From a virus (taxonomy: Duplodnaviria; Caudoviricetes): DNA of 64,000 bases. The stretch is from IMG/VR virus record IMGVR_UViG_2738541308_000001, positions 1-64,000 of that record; one strand, written 5' to 3'. This document shows positions 29,336 to 39,533 of this stretch, one piece after another. The translations under genes were made by a program, and so were the position numbers. Positions within the stretch are counted from its first letter, which is position 1. The number at the start of each line of letters is the position of its first letter. A model generated the notes under the pieces. It was not told where the DNA came from and made no database searches. It saw only the letters and a program-made list of their open reading frames with translations.

Positions 29336-29656
29336 ATGCCCGCCCGCGACGCTCTGGCCGAGTTCCAGGCACTCGCAGAGCACTGGAAGGTCACCGCCCG
29401 CAAGCTCTACCACCGCGGCCGAACCCGCGAAGCGACGCAGTACGCGAACTTCGCCGACCAACTCGAAAAGACCATCGCGACAGCACCACTCGGCCAATCA
29501 GCGCCAGAACCGACCATCGAATACGGACTCCGCTGGCCCGACGGCCTCATCGTCCCGTGCACCCTCGACGAAGCCAAACGCTGGGTGCGCGACCCGACAC
29601 TGAAACTCGTCGCCCGGCACGTCACCGAATGGCACAACAAGAAGAAAGCAGACTGA
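29336..29656 (+). CDS. Hypothetical protein
   Basis: EYGLRWPDG...LVARHVTEW domain. Confidence 0.55.
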   Translation: MPARDALAEFQALAEHWKVTARKLYHRGRTREATQYANFADQLEKTIATAPLGQSAPEPTIEYGLRWPDGLIVPCTLDEAKRWVRDPTLKLVARHVTEWHNKKKAD

Positions 29657-29658
29657 CC

Positions 29659-30111
29659 ATGGCACTACCCGTCATCCGAGGCGAAACCGCCCGCCTCACA
29701 CGTGATCCCGAGATCCGATTCACCGGCGGCGGCAAAGCCGTCGTCAACCTCGACCTCGCGTTCAACAAGAGAATCAAGGACCGAGCCACCCAGGAATGGA
29801 AAGACGGACCGACGCTGTTCGTCAAAGGCACTGCCTGGGAACAGTTCGCCGAGAACATCGCCGAATCGCTGAGCAAAGGCGACGAAGTGATCGTCTCCGG
29901 CGAACTCGACACCGACACCTACGACAAACGTGACGGCACCGGCCAAGGCTTCTCGGTCACACTCGCCATCTACGCGATCGGCCCGAATCTCAAGAACGCC
30001 ACCGCCAAAGCAACTCGCACCGCCAAAAACGACGGGGGAGGGCAGGGTACCTACGGCGGCGGCACCAGCAACGGGTACAGCGGCGCGAGCAGCGACGAAC
30101 CACCGTTCTAG
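29659..30111 (+). CDS. ssb: Single-stranded DNA-binding protein
   Basis: LTRDPEIRFT..G, AENIAESLSKGDEVIV, Gly-rich tail ending DEPPF. Confidence 0.93.
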   Translation: MALPVIRGETARLTRDPEIRFTGGGKAVVNLDLAFNKRIKDRATQEWKDGPTLFVKGTAWEQFAENIAESLSKGDEVIVSGELDTDTYDKRDGTGQGFSVTLAIYAIGPNLKNATAKATRTAKNDGGGQGTYGGGTSNGYSGASSDEPPF

Positions 30112-30145
30112 CCGCCAACCGGCACATCCCCGAAAGGCCCGACCG

Positions 30146-30472
30146 TTGCGCAACCCCCTGCAACTACTCGAAGCGACAGTTCTCTACCTGGAAGAGAACC
30201 CCGACAAGCACACCGAATACCACTGGCACGACGGAACAGTCGGCGGCATCGCCGGATGGCTCTGCATTTTTGCCGGCGCCGCCATCAACGGGACCGGTTT
30301 CAAAACATGGGCCACGTACCACGACGAAGACATCGGGATCTACGACCTGGCCCGCCAACTCCTCAAATTGGACCGGGCCACCGCCAACGACATCTTCATC
30401 GCAGACAGCAAGGCCGACGCCCTCGCAGCCGCGCGGGCATACATCGCCGACAGGAAAGAGCACCACCGATGA
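30146..30472 (+). CDS. Conserved actinophage protein (paralogue of 27983-28330)
   Basis: NPDKH...GTVGGIAGW...ARQLLKL. Confidence 0.55.
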   Translation: MRNPLQLLEATVLYLEENPDKHTEYHWHDGTVGGIAGWLCIFAGAAINGTGFKTWATYHDEDIGIYDLARQLLKLDRATANDIFIADSKADALAAARAYIADRKEHHR

Positions 30473-30837
30473 GTGACACCACCGACGAGCAGGTTGCACG
30501 CGCATTCGCAGCCACACTGCAAGAGCTCGACAAAGGCAGAGTGCACAACGAGCTCACCGACCGCCTCCACGAACTGATCGCAGCGGCGCGCAGCACCGGC
30601 AAGGGTGGCGCACTGAACCTCTCGATCAAGATCACACCGGACAACAAGACCGACATGCTTCGGTTCTCGACGAACGTCACCGCGAAGCTCCCGCAGGCCG
30701 AGCGCGCCGAAACGCTGTTCTTCGTCGACAAGGAAGGCAACCCGACCCGCCAGGACCCGCACCAGCTGGCGATGTGGGAAGCGAACGAGAACCGAATGGC
30801 CGCAGTACCCGACCCGACCGAGAAGAAAGAAGCCTGA
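30469..30837 (+). CDS. YfdP-like partner of DUF2303
   Basis: TGKGGALNLSIKI...FFVDKEGNPTRQDPHQ. Confidence 0.7.
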   Translation: MSDTTDEQVARAFAATLQELDKGRVHNELTDRLHELIAAARSTGKGGALNLSIKITPDNKTDMLRFSTNVTAKLPQAERAETLFFVDKEGNPTRQDPHQLAMWEANENRMAAVPDPTEKKEA

Positions 30838-30842
30838 CCAAG

Positions 30843-31706
30843 ATGTCTAATGCAGATCGCGACACTAGAGAAAACGAAGTAGTCGCCAACCTGGCCAAGC
30901 AGTCCGTCGACCGAGGCCACGCCGTCACCCCGGACCCGATCGACATCCACACCTTCACGATCGCCGAAGGCTACGGCAGCGAAAAGGTGGTCACCAGCTC
31001 GTTCGAGCAGTACCTCCCGGCGCCGCGCCGTCAACGAGGAACTACGACGGTCACCGACACCGAATCGTTCATCCAACTGGTCGCAGCGCAGACCCGACGC
31101 TGGTCCACACCCGAACAGACCGTCATCTTCGCCGACGTCGACCAGTTCAACGTCACCGCAATCCTCAACTTCGACGACTGGAAGGACCACCGCGTCAGCC
31201 TCGCCATGCAGCGAAGCCCCGAATGGCTGCTCTGGAAGTCCCTCGACAACAAACTCGTCACGCAGTCGACCTTCGCGCAGCACCTCTCCGACGGACGCCG
31301 CTCGATCCTGTCCCCGGACGCCGCAACGCTCATGGAGATCGCACAGACCTTCAAAGCCAAGCGCAACGTCTCCTACGAATCGGGAGTCCGCCTGCAGTCC
31401 GGAGACGTCCAATTCACCTACCACGAAGAGACCAAAGCCGGTGCCGGAGTGAAGGGGAACATCGAGATCCCCGAACGCTTCGAGCTGAACCTCCCAGTGT
31501 TCCTCGGCGGCACCGCATTCAAGTTGGGCGCCGACCTCCGCTACAACGCAGACAAGGACGGACTCGGCCTCGGGTACCGACTCGACAACCCCGACGAAGT
31601 CGTGCGAGCCGCCTTCGCCACCGTCCTGAGCCAGATCGGCACCGACCTCGGCGAAGGGCACCTGCTGCTGCAAGGCAAAGCGCCGCAGTCGATCACCGCG
31701 ATCTGA
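30843..31706 (+). CDS. DUF2303 (YfdQ) family protein
   Basis: SPEW..W, Q..FA..L, IPERFELNLPVFLGG, LRY. Confidence 0.85.
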   Translation: MSNADRDTRENEVVANLAKQSVDRGHAVTPDPIDIHTFTIAEGYGSEKVVTSSFEQYLPAPRRQRGTTTVTDTESFIQLVAAQTRRWSTPEQTVIFADVDQFNVTAILNFDDWKDHRVSLAMQRSPEWLLWKSLDNKLVTQSTFAQHLSDGRRSILSPDAATLMEIAQTFKAKRNVSYESGVRLQSGDVQFTYHEETKAGAGVKGNIEIPERFELNLPVFLGGTAFKLGADLRYNADKDGLGLGYRLDNPDEVVRAAFATVLSQIGTDLGEGHLLLQGKAPQSITAI

Positions 31707-31828
31707 TCCGCTCCACCCCATGACGCCCGGCCGGGGCGGGTGAGGAAGACACCTCGCCCCGGCCCGGGCCACACAGAAACCGAGAACCCATGGACGAAAC
31801 ACCCGCACCTGAGCGGCGTCGGCTGAGC

Positions 31829-31966
31829 ATGAGCAACCAGATCCTCCGCGGCCTGCAGGACCCCCGTAAGCACGTCTACAGCGGAAGCCTCGACGCCGCA
31901 ACGAAAGCCGAACGCCGCGCCAAGAACCGTGCCGCCCGCAGCTCCCGGAGGAAGAACCGCCGATGA
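31829..31966 (+). CDS. Small basic protein
   Basis: MSNQILRGLQ..KHVY.G...RRAKNRAARSSRRKNRR; ATGA overlap; below the ORF-track cutoff. Confidence 0.6.
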   Translation: MSNQILRGLQDPRKHVYSGSLDAATKAERRAKNRAARSSRRKNRR

Positions 31967-32418
31967 ACCACAACGACTGGCGCGACTACCGCGCCTTCAT
32001 CTTCTCCGGAGTACTCCTGTTCGTCGTCGTCCTCGTCGTCGGGGGCATGGCGACACTCGGCATCGGACTCTTCAAGAAAGAAACCGCCGACTTCCGAGGC
32101 GGAGTCGCCGCTACCGAACAAGTCCACGCCAACGGTGCATACCGCATCGCCGCGTACGACCAGTTCTTCAACCGGTGCGCCGAAATCCAAAGCAAGGAAG
32201 CGACTATCGCGTTCCTGACCACCGAAGCGAAAGACGCGACCCCTGAACGCGTCGCACAGATCAACTCCACCCTCACCGCCGTTCGCGCCGGACGCGCCGC
32301 CGACATCGCCCGCTACAACGCCGACGCCGCCAAGACCGACACACTCGCGAACTTCCTCGCCAGCAGCCTCCCGTACGCCATCGACCCGACACAGGACCAC
32401 ACAGCATGCGCAAAATGA
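31963..32418 (+). CDS. Membrane-anchored protein
   Basis: N-terminal TM helix. Confidence 0.7.
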   Translation: MNHNDWRDYRAFIFSGVLLFVVVLVVGGMATLGIGLFKKETADFRGGVAATEQVHANGAYRIAAYDQFFNRCAEIQSKEATIAFLTTEAKDATPERVAQINSTLTAVRAGRAADIARYNADAAKTDTLANFLASSLPYAIDPTQDHTACAK

Positions 32419-32972
32419 CTCGACTCGCCGCCACGTGCGCCGCCGGCATCACCTCCATCGCACTCCTCGCCGGATGCGGACCGAACGAACCGGACTCCCG
32501 CAACTCCGAACGCGCCACCGTCGACAACACCTACGACAAGCTCGTCGCGAACCAGCCCGCACACAGCATGGACTTCTCGCCGACCCGCGCGACGAAGAAC
32601 TTCTGGATCGACACCTGGGGAAAGAACCCCGGCAAACTGTCCTACGTCTACCTGCAGTCCGCCGACGGGAAGCTGCTCGGCTACTACGTACTCGAAGGAC
32701 TGCCCGTCAACTACTGCACGAGCCTCGTTCCGACGTACGAAATCAACAGCAGCGAAAACGGCAAGGTCGTCGTACCCCGACCCAGCATGGACGGCACCTG
32801 GTCATCGGGCAGCGGCGGCTGCAACGCCTACTACGGCAAGGACGCCACCAGCGGCGCATACATCGAATACACCGCAGGCCTGGGCATCAACGTTCTCCTC
32901 TACGACGCACCGCTCGCACGACAGGACGTCCAACCCCTCGGCAACACCCGCATCGAAGACCTACCGAAGTAG
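32406..32972 (+). CDS. Lipoprotein
   Basis: LLAGC lipobox. Confidence 0.75.
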   Translation: MRKMTRLAATCAAGITSIALLAGCGPNEPDSRNSERATVDNTYDKLVANQPAHSMDFSPTRATKNFWIDTWGKNPGKLSYVYLQSADGKLLGYYVLEGLPVNYCTSLVPTYEINSSENGKVVVPRPSMDGTWSSGSGGCNAYYGKDATSGAYIEYTAGLGINVLLYDAPLARQDVQPLGNTRIEDLPK

Positions 32973-33142
32973 GCCATGAGCCATCCCGAAGAGACACGGT
33001 TGGGCGACGGATTCCTCCTCGCCCAACCGCTGTCAGACGAGACCATCCACAAAGCGCGGCTCGCGGTCTGCGCCGCAGCCGATCACGCAGACGACGCCAC
33101 CACCATGCTCGCCATGCTGGGAATCCTCCCCGGAGACAACCA

Positions 33143-33739
33143 ATGAAGATCGTCACCCACACCAACGGCATCGACTTCGCCTTCCAACGAGTCCGGGAAC
33201 TCCGACTCGACGGCCGAACCGACGACGCCGCATACCTGCTCACCTACCTGCAGACAATGGCCGCGTATGCGTCGGTGCATTCGCACCACAACTCGATCCC
33301 TTTCCGCGGCGACGAACCCGAAGACGAATTCCGGGTCAAGTTCGACGAAGCAGTCGGACTGACCGCCCGAACCGATCGACCGGACATCATCCACGTACGA
33401 CCGGCGTCCGAAAAGCCCACTGCGACATTCCTGTTCTGGGGTGAATCCGACGACTGCATCGAAGTCGACGGCGCCGTACGCGAGGAGTTCAGCCAGTACA
33501 ACTCGATGTGGACTGCGACCCTCACCGCACCTGACGGCAAACAGAAGATGCTCATCTCCGGCTGGTACGCCGACAACGGCTGCTGGAACTTCGCGGTCGG
33601 ACAGGTCGACGAAGAAACACCGCTCCCGAAATGGCCGACCTCGATCAGCCAGCGACACGACAGGGGAGAGCACTACTCGACGCTCCTCGAGGTCACCGCC
33701 CCGGCAGGCTCCACCCTCACTCCGAGCAAGAGCGAGTGA
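33143..33739 (+). CDS. Hypothetical protein
   Basis: FWGESDDCIEVDG..REEF C-terminal domain. Confidence 0.6.
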   Translation: MKIVTHTNGIDFAFQRVRELRLDGRTDDAAYLLTYLQTMAAYASVHSHHNSIPFRGDEPEDEFRVKFDEAVGLTARTDRPDIIHVRPASEKPTATFLFWGESDDCIEVDGAVREEFSQYNSMWTATLTAPDGKQKMLISGWYADNGCWNFAVGQVDEETPLPKWPTSISQRHDRGEHYSTLLEVTAPAGSTLTPSKSE

Positions 33740-33862
33740 TGGCCACCAAAATCCCGCCGCTCGATCCGGCAATGCAACGCGACATCGACGAAGTGCGGGC
33801 GCACATCTTCAACGACGGCTACGACACCGGATACCGGGCAGCGATGAGAGAGAAGGAAACCG

Positions 33863-34120
33863 ATGGCAACGTACCGGGACAGTGAAGAATGGCGTGCCGT
33901 CGAGCAGGCCGTGTCGAACCTCGCGATGTCGGTGCTCGGCGAAGACTATCGGGCGGGGGATTTCGTGCTGTGCGTTCACAGCATGCCGATGACTGATCGA
34001 GCCGAACATCTCGGCCACTACGGGCATTTCTCGACGAGCATCATGCCTCACGTCAACCGCGGATTACTCATCGAATCCGATGAATACTGGGGCGACCTGG
34101 CCGGATCGGACGACGAATGA
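33863..34120 (+). CDS. Hypothetical protein
   Basis: MPHVNRGLL motif; overlaps neighbours. Confidence 0.55.
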   Translation: MATYRDSEEWRAVEQAVSNLAMSVLGEDYRAGDFVLCVHSMPMTDRAEHLGHYGHFSTSIMPHVNRGLLIESDEYWGDLAGSDDE

Positions 34121-34749
34121 CCCGCTACTTCTACGACACCGAATTCATCGACGACGGCCATATCATCGAGCTAATCTCGATCGGAATCGTCGCCGACGAC
34201 GGCCGCGAGTACTACGCGGTCAATCAAGACGTATCGCAGGATCGGATACTGCAGTCGACGTGGCTTCGGGACAACGTGTGGCCGTCGCTCCCTACCCGTG
34301 CCCTGACACAGCACGAGGAACTGATCCTGGGTGCCAGGCAATTCAGGCCACCAGCGCAAGCGCCACTGGCAACGGACCTGTACTACCGACTCGGAGCGAT
34401 CGACACCGAAGCACCTGAAGTCAAACACAAGACGGTCATCGCTGACGAAGTGCGAGACTTCATCCTCCAACCCGCAGGGAACGAGATACGTGCCGACGTC
34501 GAACTCTGGGCAGACTACGCCGCATACGACCACGTCGCGCTGGCACAGCTTTTCGGCCCGATGATCGCTCTCCCGCACGGAATTCCGATGTTCACGAACG
34601 ATCTGCAGCAGCTCGTCGGTCACGTCGTCGCACGTTCTACCCAGTCGTTGACGTTGCCGGTGCAGGAAAGCGGAGCGCATAACGCGCTCGCCGACGCCAG
34701 GCACCTCAAAGCCTGCTACGACGCCATCCGACAGATTGGTGGCGTCTGA
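34117..34749 (+). CDS. 3'-5' exoribonuclease (Rv2179c/RNase AS-like DEDDh)
   Basis: FYDTEFIDDG..IELISIGIV, AAYDHV, HNALADAR. Confidence 0.9.
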   Translation: MTRYFYDTEFIDDGHIIELISIGIVADDGREYYAVNQDVSQDRILQSTWLRDNVWPSLPTRALTQHEELILGARQFRPPAQAPLATDLYYRLGAIDTEAPEVKHKTVIADEVRDFILQPAGNEIRADVELWADYAAYDHVALAQLFGPMIALPHGIPMFTNDLQQLVGHVVARSTQSLTLPVQESGAHNALADARHLKACYDAIRQIGGV

Positions 34750-34750
34750 C

Positions 34751-35530
34751 ATGGCTGAAATCGCGCACAGTGAACTGAAATTCAAGGCGATCGCCGACGC
34801 CAACACCGTCCTGCGCGGCCAAGTCGGATCAGGACTCCACGGCGTCACAACCGGCAACGACGACAGAGACGAGATGGGTGTTTGCATCGAACCACCCGAG
34901 TTCGTCATCGGCGTCAGCAAATTCGAGCAATACCAGTACCGCACCCAGCCCGAGGGCGTCCGATCAGGTGCCGGCGATCTCGACATGGTCGTGTACTCAC
35001 TTCGCAAGTGGGCACGACTAGCCGAGGCGGGAAATCCGACCGTACTACTGCTCATGTTCATCCCACCGCACGAACTCGTCCTCAACACCTACGTGGGCGA
35101 GGACCTGCAGGCGCACCCCGAACGGTTCGTCTCACGGCAATCAGCCTTCCGATTCGCCGGATATCTGAAGTCGCAACGCGAACAGATGCTCGGCCTCCGA
35201 GGTAAGAAGCACACGAACCGACCCGAACTCCTCGCGGTCCACGGATTCGACACCAAATTCGCGTATCACATGGTCAGGCTTGGCATTCAGGGCGTGCAAC
35301 TGTTGACCGAAGGCAAAATCACGCTACCGATGCCCGCCGGCGACCGCGCATGGTTGACCGAACTCCGTAACGGTGAACACACCCAGTTCGAAGCGCTCGA
35401 CCGGGCAGCGGAACTCGAATCGCAGTTGATGCAACTATCGCGAACCGCCGACTATCCGAAGCAGCCAGACCGCGCACAGATCGACTCGTGGCTCGTATCG
35501 ACCTACCGAGGATGGTGGGACTCGAAATGA
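34751..35530 (+). CDS. Pol-beta superfamily nucleotidyltransferase (YcgL/RlaP-like)
   Basis: VGSGLHG.....DDRDEMGV; GNPT; DTKFAYHMVRL. Confidence 0.85.
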   Translation: MAEIAHSELKFKAIADANTVLRGQVGSGLHGVTTGNDDRDEMGVCIEPPEFVIGVSKFEQYQYRTQPEGVRSGAGDLDMVVYSLRKWARLAEAGNPTVLLLMFIPPHELVLNTYVGEDLQAHPERFVSRQSAFRFAGYLKSQREQMLGLRGKKHTNRPELLAVHGFDTKFAYHMVRLGIQGVQLLTEGKITLPMPAGDRAWLTELRNGEHTQFEALDRAAELESQLMQLSRTADYPKQPDRAQIDSWLVSTYRGWWDSK

Positions 35531-36063
35531 GCGACATCATCGACGAAATCGATGCACTCGTCGACGAGCAACTCAGCGCCTACGACAGCAGGTCCGGATA
35601 CGACCACAACGTCAACCAAGAACGGTGCTGGCACTGCGGCCGAGAATGGCATGGACTCAAAATCACAGCGCGCATGGAAAGGATGGCCGCGCAGGTCGCC
35701 TACGACGAGGACTATCGCTACGCAGACGATGACAGCGAAGTCCTTTGCCCTGGTTCGAGTTTCATTGGACCGACCCGAATGCCCTATCGTGCGAATGTTC
35801 ATGCAATCGCTATACCCGACCTGTCCGACCTTCCGTTCTCCTTGCAGGAAGCCATAGCGCGGGCAATCCGGGCGGCGTGGGGGCTCGACGTCGAACGCAG
35901 CGTCGGCCTGTTTCAGCAAATACCGACGACATTCGCGCCGGAACCGGAACCAGATCCCCGAACACCGCAAGAGCGAGCACTTCCACGTCCATCGCCCACA
36001 CCACCGATGTGGGCAGCGCCGATCACACGCCGACACAACCGGCGGGTACGCCATGGCCGATGA
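35527..36063 (+). CDS. Hypothetical actinophage protein
   Basis: IIDEIDALVDEQL; CWHCGREWHG; RALPRPSPTPPMWA. Confidence 0.65.
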   Translation: MSDIIDEIDALVDEQLSAYDSRSGYDHNVNQERCWHCGREWHGLKITARMERMAAQVAYDEDYRYADDDSEVLCPGSSFIGPTRMPYRANVHAIAIPDLSDLPFSLQEAIARAIRAAWGLDVERSVGLFQQIPTTFAPEPEPDPRTPQERALPRPSPTPPMWAAPITRRHNRRVRHGR

Positions 36064-36244
36064 CATCCCAAACGACTACAGCAACGTCATCCAGTTCACC
36101 GGCCAACGCCTCACGCCCGCGAACTACCAGTGCGATTGCGGCAGCGAATGGTTCAACGCTTCCATCGTCCTCGCCGGTAGGGAGGTCACCGGCTACCTCC
36201 TGCCGTTGACCTGCACCGAATGCGGAAAGGAACACTCCCCGTGA
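36053..36244 (+). CDS. Small zinc-ribbon protein
   Basis: CDCGS...CTECG. Confidence 0.6.
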   Translation: MADDIPNDYSNVIQFTGQRLTPANYQCDCGSEWFNASIVLAGREVTGYLLPLTCTECGKEHSP

Positions 36245-37158
36245 ACCGCTACGCACTCGGCCTGAGCATCGCACTGTCGACCCTGGCAGTCATACTCATC
36301 GTCGCGGGAAACGCGCTACTGCCAGCGATTCTGCTCGCAGTCTCCGCCGGCAACATCACCCACTCGCGCATGCTCACCCACCGGCGAGCCCACGAGGCGC
36401 GTCGACTGGAATCCGATCGGCGTGCAGAACTGTCCGCCCGAGCCGACCGCGAGCACTCCCAGTACCTGGTTGGCGACTCGATGTCGGACGCGAAAACCGA
36501 AGCCCGCACCGCGCTCGTCCAAGCTCTCTTCGACGCGGAGAACCCCACGCCGGGCCTGATCGAGCGCGTCAATCGCGAGCTGTCCGCACCCGAACAATTG
36601 CTGTGCAATCTGACCTACCTGCGCCGGGAGTTGCTCGAACCGGAGAAGGGCGAAGATGGGGAACCAGCTCTGGAATCGGCACCGGACAGGGGAAGCGACC
36701 CCGACGGTGACTTCGTCACGATCGCGGCGTGGGGGAGGGTTGAACCGGTTCGCACAGATGCGCTTCCGACGGCAACCGAATTGATGCCGACCGTCGACGA
36801 TACACTCTCGAACGCCGCACGTATTTCACCGCGCGCCTACACCGCACACCCGGGCGGGCCCCGCCGCTGGTACCTCCCCACTGGGCGGCGCCCTACGCCG
36901 GCCGAGGGATACAAGGTCGTCGCAATCGCAGGCGGAATTGTCGACGGGATCGGCTGGACGATCTGGGAAGAACGGCCACGAGAACGCGACAACGCCTCGA
37001 GCGCACTCGCGAAGGCTTACATGAGTGCCGTCCGGTCCTCGACTGAGGCCGAAGCCCGCGCCGTACGTCTCGCGGAAGAGTATGCAGCCAACGCCGACCG
37101 CTTCCGACGAATAGGACGGGAACGGGACGCACGAGAGAGAAGACGGAGGCGGCAGTAG
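36241..37158 (+). CDS. Membrane-anchored hypothetical protein
   Basis: N-terminal TM helices; ARADREH motif. Confidence 0.55.
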   Translation: MNRYALGLSIALSTLAVILIVAGNALLPAILLAVSAGNITHSRMLTHRRAHEARRLESDRRAELSARADREHSQYLVGDSMSDAKTEARTALVQALFDAENPTPGLIERVNRELSAPEQLLCNLTYLRRELLEPEKGEDGEPALESAPDRGSDPDGDFVTIAAWGRVEPVRTDALPTATELMPTVDDTLSNAARISPRAYTAHPGGPRRWYLPTGRRPTPAEGYKVVAIAGGIVDGIGWTIWEERPRERDNASSALAKAYMSAVRSSTEAEARAVRLAEEYAANADRFRRIGRERDARERRRRRQ

Positions 37159-37274
37159 CCTCGCAGCCGCGAATCGGTGCGCTATCCTCAACCCTAGCTA
37201 TCTACTATCGAGCGCGATACTAGATAGCGCAGGTGGGGGGTAGCCCACCGCCCACGCATGAAAGGTCGCGAGGC

Positions 37275-37709
37275 ATGGCCACGTTCTTCGTCCCCGGAAT
37301 CCCCGCACCCCAAGGGTCGAAGTCCTTCAAAGGCTTCCGTGGCGGCAAACCAGTACTCGCCGAATCGTCCAAAGCGCTCCCGAAATGGCGCCGCACCGTC
37401 CGCGAAACCGCAGCCGTCAACGTCACACGCGACGCAGCGCTATTCCCCACACAAGCCGCGGCCATCCACCTCGAGTTCGTAATGCCCCGCCCCAAGTACG
37501 CCATCGGGAAACTTCTCCCCGCCGTCAAACGCCCCGACATCGACAAGCTGACACGCGCCGTCCTCGACTCCCTCTCCGGCGTGATCTACAAGGACGACAA
37601 CCAAGTCACCGACCTCAAAGTCACCAAACGACTTGCCAGTTCAGACGAACCGACCGGCGTGCACGTGACCTACCGGCAGGACACCACCCACGAGAGCCGA
37701 AGCGCATGA
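37275..37709 (+). CDS. rusA: RusA Holliday-junction resolvase
   Basis: PAPQGSK; KRPDIDKL.RAVLDSL....YKDDNQV. Confidence 0.92.
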   Translation: MATFFVPGIPAPQGSKSFKGFRGGKPVLAESSKALPKWRRTVRETAAVNVTRDAALFPTQAAAIHLEFVMPRPKYAIGKLLPAVKRPDIDKLTRAVLDSLSGVIYKDDNQVTDLKVTKRLASSDEPTGVHVTYRQDTTHESRSA

Positions 37710-37957
37710 ACGACTCACCGGAACGCCGAAACAAAATCGCAGCGATCACCACCAACTACTGGCGTGGCCGCATCATCCAAGACGCCGTCACACTTCCTGC
37801 CGGAATGCGCGCGATCCTCCCCGCCGACCACACCATCACCATTCTCGACGCCATCGTGAAAGCCCTCGGAGGAGAAACAGACATCGCTGCACTGTCGATC
37901 GACCCGGACTCGACCCCAGCCCTCCAAATCCAATATCTGATCGGAGACGACCGATGA
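37706..37957 (+). CDS. Hypothetical protein
   Basis: ATGA overlaps. Confidence 0.5.
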   Translation: MNDSPERRNKIAAITTNYWRGRIIQDAVTLPAGMRAILPADHTITILDAIVKALGGETDIAALSIDPDSTPALQIQYLIGDDR

Positions 37958-38163
37958 ACTACGAACAGATGGTCAACGCGAACCTCGAAGTAATGCAGAA
38001 GATCGCCGACCAGCTCGAACGGATCGCAGACACACTCCAATCGCCACCAAAGGTCGACAACACCATCAACGTCAGCACTGGCGTCAACGACCTGGTCAGT
38101 GACACCATCGAACGTGTCGGCAGCATCATCGGCGACCAGTTCTTCAAGAAGTCCGGTCGATGA
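37954..38163 (+). CDS. Hypothetical protein
   Basis: ATGA overlaps. Confidence 0.5.
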   Translation: MNYEQMVNANLEVMQKIADQLERIADTLQSPPKVDNTINVSTGVNDLVSDTIERVGSIIGDQFFKKSGR

Positions 38164-38942
38164 CTGCGACCCTCTACGTAGTCGGCGGCACCGGCGAAAA
38201 ACCCACCGCACGACTACCTCACGGACTCTTATCCGACACCACACGCCGCGTCGGCACCCGATTCACGACCCAATGGATCGACTACCCCGCGGCCTACGGC
38301 ATCGGATTCTCCTACGCAAACTCCGTCCACCACGCCAAAGCGCAACTCCGAGAACGAATCCTCGCCACCACAGAGCCATTCGCAATCATCGGATACAGCC
38401 AAGGCGCGGACATCGCCGGCCGAGTAGCCCAGGAACTCGGCAGCGGCGCCCTCGACGGCCGCGACAGACTGCTCGCAGCTGGCCTCGTCGCGAACCCCAT
38501 GCGCCACGAGACGGGAGAGTTCACCGGATGGGGCGTCGCCGGACAGCACGGCTCCTACGGCGCAGTGGCACAGAAGGTGTACGACTTCGCGAACCCCGAC
38601 GACATGATCACCAACGCGGACCCGGACTCGCTCATACGCGACGTCGCCGACCTCACCCGCATGATGGGGCCGGACTTCTCGGCATGGGCGTTCGACATTC
38701 AACGGTTGCTGAAAGAGCGTTCATGGCAAAACCTCTGGCTTGCCAAGCGCTGGTGGGATGCACCGTATCAGCGTGACCGCGTCCGCCGTGCTGGCCTCGA
38801 ACTCGCCGGGTATCTGCCCGTCTCGATCCTCAACCCTGCCGGTGGACAGCACACCGCCTACGACAAAACCCAGATGTACGTCGGGGGACCGACGTACACC
38901 GAACGACTCGCGCAACTCCTCACAGAAACGGTGAACACATGA
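38160..38942 (+). CDS. Cutinase/PE-PPE-like alpha/beta hydrolase (LysB-like)
   Basis: IDYPA, GYSQGA nucleophile elbow, ANPMR, HTAY. Confidence 0.82.
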   Translation: MTATLYVVGGTGEKPTARLPHGLLSDTTRRVGTRFTTQWIDYPAAYGIGFSYANSVHHAKAQLRERILATTEPFAIIGYSQGADIAGRVAQELGSGALDGRDRLLAAGLVANPMRHETGEFTGWGVAGQHGSYGAVAQKVYDFANPDDMITNADPDSLIRDVADLTRMMGPDFSAWAFDIQRLLKERSWQNLWLAKRWWDAPYQRDRVRRAGLELAGYLPVSILNPAGGQHTAYDKTQMYVGGPTYTERLAQLLTETVNT

Positions 38943-39298
38943 CCTTCCGAATCGAAGACGTCGCCCGCATCGCACACGAAGCGAACCGCGCTGTCCAACT
39001 AGTAGCGGGTGATCCCAATCCGTCGCCGCATTGGGACGCAGCACCCACCTGGCAGCGTGACAGTGCAGTCGAAGGTGTGCAGAAGGCGCTCGCAGGGGCC
39101 ACAGCGGAAGGATTGCACCTGTCCTGGTGCGAATCGAAAGTTAAGGACGGGTGGAACTTCGGGCCAGTCAAGGACGCGGAGGCGAAGACACATCCATGCC
39201 TCGTCCAGTACTCGGAACTGCCCGAAGGCCAGAAGGCAAAGGATCATCTGTTCGGCGCCATCGTCAACGTGCTCGCACCCTACATCGAGGAGAACTGA
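38939..39298 (+). CDS. RyR-domain protein
   Basis: H.SW...K..DGW.FGPVKD...KTHPCLVQYSELP..QK.KD. Confidence 0.8.
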   Translation: MTFRIEDVARIAHEANRAVQLVAGDPNPSPHWDAAPTWQRDSAVEGVQKALAGATAEGLHLSWCESKVKDGWNFGPVKDAEAKTHPCLVQYSELPEGQKAKDHLFGAIVNVLAPYIEEN

Positions 39299-39299
39299 A

Positions 39300-39533
39300 A
39301 TGACCGAGCAGCTACCTACCGTCGGACGAAGCGTCCACTACCATTCGTACGGCACCCCGAACGGCGAGTACCTCCCCGAACCCCGCGCCGCGATCGTCAC
39401 CGCGGTACCCGACGACTACGACGGCACCCTCTCCCTCGTCATCTTCAACCCCACCGGACAGTTCTTCAACCCCTCGGTCCCGTTCTCGCCCGAACCCAAA
39501 CCAGGACACTGGAACTGGCCACCACGCGTCTGA
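39300..39533 (+). CDS. Hypothetical protein
   Basis: PTVGRSVHY...RAAIVT...W.WPPRV motif. Confidence 0.65.
   Translation: MTEQLPTVGRSVHYHSYGTPNGEYLPEPRAAIVTAVPDDYDGTLSLVIFNPTGQFFNPSVPFSPEPKPGHWNWPPRV

Noticed and set aside
30396-31973. Long antisense ORFs (e.g. 30396-31973, 51668-52936, 53986-54963, 62052-63029)
   Set aside because: Shadow ORFs of high-GC genes on the opposite strand that have clear family motifs.
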